From the NCBI GenBank assembly GCA_010015585.1, contig ML975173.1: DNA of 64,000 nt; one strand, 5' to 3'. Position numbers and translations under genes: made by a program. This DNA comes from Eremomyces bilateralis CBS 781.70 (taxonomy: Eukaryota). The notes below the pieces were generated by a model. It was not told the origin of the DNA. It ran no database searches and worked only from the letters and a program-made list of their open reading frames with translations. Of the stretch, positions 61,747-64,000 are shown in pieces. The first letter of the stretch is position 1. Every line of letters starts with the position of its first letter.

Positions 61747-64000
61747 TTATTTCCATCGCGGCCGCTCTCCCATACTCGACGTCCGTCCGCCCGTCCGGCT
61801 CTCCCTCCCCGTCCCACCCATACTTAGCCTCGCGCCGGTGCGCGGCTGCGGTAACAGACTGCTCCGCCGTCCACTTGCCATGACGCTTGCGGGTCGCGCG
61901 GGCCGCGATGCCGCCGCCGCCGCTGCCTTCGCGGTCGGGCTAACGTTGTCTCCGGGGGTGTCCTCTGTTTTGATCGGAGGGAGGTGCGAGGACTTGCGGG
62001 TGGTGGAGAGAGGGATGAATGGGGTGGAGGCGGAGGGGCCGTGTTTGGGGAGAGAGGTGGTGGAGGCGGGGGCGCGGAGGCGGGGGATGGTTGGGGTTTT
62101 GAGGGAGGGGGTGGGGATGGATTGCGTGGATGTGGTGCGGGATGCGAAGGGCGAGGTGGAAACTTGGGAGAGGCGGGAGGCGCCGAGGGAGGAGGCGGGG
62201 CGGGAGGTGGAGCGGCCGAGGGGGCTTGGTTGGGGGATGGCGGAGTGGGTTGAGAAAGAGCGGGAGTAAACTGATGGAGTGGAGGACCGGTGGGGTGATG
62301 GGGTTGTGTCTGGCTTGTGGTAATGCCCCACCACCGTATCATTCATGTTGGTGCTGGTGTTCCATTTCGGTCGGGATGGATTCGTGTTCGCTTCACTGGT
62401 GGACCGGAACGTTCGGGCGGGGGTGGGTGTGTTAGTGAACGCGTAGCGGGATGATGCAGGGGAAGGGGATCGAGCGGACTCGGCGTCGGAAATGGCGGAG
62501 CGGGAGAAGGCGGATTTACGAGTGATGCTGCTGGAGAGGGCAGTCGGAATGCCGGACAAGCGGCGGTTGAAGGTTGTTTGAGTCTTGGTGCTACTGGCGA
62601 AGCTGTTTTGCCGAGACTTTTGCCCATGGGGTGTCGTGGTGCCTTGATCGCTATCCTTGCGGCTCATGAGAACAATGGACGATGCGGGCGAGCTGCCCGG
62701 CGTGTCCCAGGTGCTGCTTGTGACGGAACGGTCGGTGAGGATGGTGGAGATGGAGTCGCGAAGGGCTTGGCCACGGTTCATGTTGAGTTCTTCCAAGACG
62801 AATTCCATTGCCTTCATCTCGCTTTCGAGCTCGCTCCATCGACGTCTCATATCGGCTTGAAGCCGGAGGATCTCTCCATTGACCGTCAATCGGTCTTTGA
62901 CGCCCCGGTCGATGATGGTGAGGACTCGCTCGATAGCCGGACCATAATGGGTCTTCTTCGCCTCGTAGTTCTCGATCTTCTTCGCGGCCGACTGTTGATT
63001 GGTATGCTGGACTCCTTCGTCCAGCGCTTCTCTCAGCTTGATCAGACTCCGGGAGACGCTCTCGCACATCTTGAAGGCTTGTCGCCCCGCATTCCGGAAC
63101 ACCAACACCCAGCGATCTTCGCCCAATTCCCTCCGCAAGGTCTCGGCATCCGACTCCAACTTCTTCCATTGTTCTTCCAGCTGCTCCTTCCGTTTGTCAA
63201 GGTCCTCGCATCCCGTGGGAAAGAGGTCGTTCGCTCGTTGCTGGAAGACGGAGAGTCGCATCGGCAGGAAATCCAGCGACGCGCGGAGTGGTTGCATCCG
63301 TGCGAAGAGTGCCAGGAGATTCGAATCGTCTTGCGCTTTCTGAACGGCGGGAGAAGCGGCAGAAGGGCTCATTCCCATTCCAGGTTCCACACTATCTCGG
63401 GCGCGTGAAACAGATCGGGCTTGTCGGCTTGGCGCTTCCTCGACGATGGTCTCCAATTCTCCGATATCGATGCTATTGCTTGGATCGCTCATCGCCTCCA
63501 GCATAGCGGTGCGATGTCTTCTCTCCTCCATCTCAAAGACCAGTCGTCCCAGCGCTGTCAGCTCCAACCCGATCTCTCCCAGTACGGTGTTCCACAGCTC
63601 TTCCCATTCCATGGCAATCTCCACCTGTTCCTTGACATCTCCTAACGTGTGCTTGATCTTTTGCCAGTCGCTCATAATCCCATCCATCTGCTCCACCAGT
63701 GCGTGTAGTTTCTCGGGACCCAGACTTGAAATGTCTTTCCGCAATTGTAGTTGATCGATTGCGATGACGTATACTTCCACCAGGCTTTCAAACCGGTTGA
63801 TGGCCACATCCACCTCTCCCAGTCCTTCCCGTCCGGCCGCCGCCGCCCATTCGACATCATCCTCCGCATCCAGTCCGTCCAGCACCTCCGACGCCTTGTT
63901 CATCCAGCGCTTGATCTGATCCGCCGCTTCGTCGAGGGTGTTCGCCGCGGCGACCGATGAAGGGATGGCGGCGATGCTCGACGACAGTGACGATGCCTGG
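61747..64000 (-). CDS. KAR9: Karyogamy/spindle-orientation protein Kar9-like; 5'-truncated by the window edge
   Basis: VEIAMEWEELW, LFARMQPLRASLDFLPMRL, ELGEDRWVLVFRNAGRQA, KDRLTVNGEI; Ser/Pro/Arg-rich tail with SxIP-like motifs ending RPRWK. Confidence 0.85.
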   Translation of the reverse strand, partial: QASSLSSSIAAIPSSVAAANTLDEAADQIKRWMNKASEVLDGLDAEDDVEWAAAAGREGLGEVDVAINRFESLVEVYVIAIDQLQLRKDISSLGPEKLHALVEQMDGIMSDWQKIKHTLGDVKEQVEIAMEWEELWNTVLGEIGLELTALGRLVFEMEERRHRTAMLEAMSDPSNSIDIGELETIVEEAPSRQARSVSRARDSVEPGMGMSPSAASPAVQKAQDDSNLLALFARMQPLRASLDFLPMRLSVFQQRANDLFPTGCEDLDKRKEQLEEQWKKLESDAETLRRELGEDRWVLVFRNAGRQAFKMCESVSRSLIKLREALDEGVQHTNQQSAAKKIENYEAKKTHYGPAIERVLTIIDRGVKDRLTVNGEILRLQADMRRRWSELESEMKAMEFVLEELNMNRGQALRDSISTILTDRSVTSSTWDTPGSSPASSIVLMSRKDSDQGTTTPHGQKSRQNSFASSTKTQTTFNRRLSGIPTALSSSITRKSAFSRSAISDAESARSPSPASSRYAFTNTPTPARTFRSTSEANTNPSRPKWNTSTNMNDTVVGHYHKPDTTPSPHRSSTPSVYSRSFSTHSAIPQPSPLGRSTSRPASSLGASRLSQVSTSPFASRTTSTQSIPTPSLKTPTIPRLRAPASTTSLPKHGPSASTPFIPLSTTRKSSHLPPIKTEDTPGDNVSPTAKAAAAAASRPARPASVMASGRRSSLLPQPRTGARLSMGGTGRESRTGGRTSSMGERPRWK

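Noticed and set aside
61715..63408. Long antisense and alternate-frame ORFs over KAR9 (Gly/Pro-rich), and similar shadows over other genes
   Set aside because: Explained by GC-rich codon bias and low complexity of the real gene; many ORF-track starts are GTG/TTG, which is not appropriate for a fungal nucleus
1..64000. CRISPR arrays, rRNA, intact LTR/TIR transposons, Starship captain recombinase
   Set aside because: No repeat-spacer arrays, rRNA motifs, RT/integrase/transposase/tyrosine-recombinase ORFs or long terminal repeats were seen

Overview
Eukaryotic, gene-dense genomic DNA from a filamentous ascomycete (Pezizomycotina). This is inferred from short GT-AG introns of about 45-70 nt with CTRAC/CTAAC branch sites and from the gene content. 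About 27 protein-coding genes, most of them spliced: a TPR tail (probable fungal NLR, partial), DUF3431, LRO1, MAK3, HST2, RMT2, a dienelactone-hydrolase/SnoaL-like gene, acid ceramidase/NAAA, a peroxisomal 4CL-like ligase, a Baeyer-Villiger FMO, KAP120, ENT3, a Cys/Met PLP enzyme, cyclophilin, PUT1, Y14, an alpha/beta-hydrolase-Cys-phosphatase fusion, an ILV3 paralogue, an AAA ATPase, RRP41, an ERCC6L2/Rad26-like SNF2 ATPase, a patatin with zinc fingers, GH76, NMA111 and KAR9 (partial). I saw no tRNA, rRNA, CRISPR array or intact transposon. The most notable items are: (1) a membrane-anchored alpha/beta-hydrolase fused to a DUSP11/capping-enzyme-type cysteine RNA-triphosphatase-like domain; (2) a possible catabolic cluster (about 9.3-19 kb) containing a RIP-like decayed P450; (3) an unannotated spliced 117-aa orphan gene divergent from a patatin-C2H2 gene; (4) an 8-nt microexon and a GC-AG intron. 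All family calls come from motif recognition by eye; no database searches were run.
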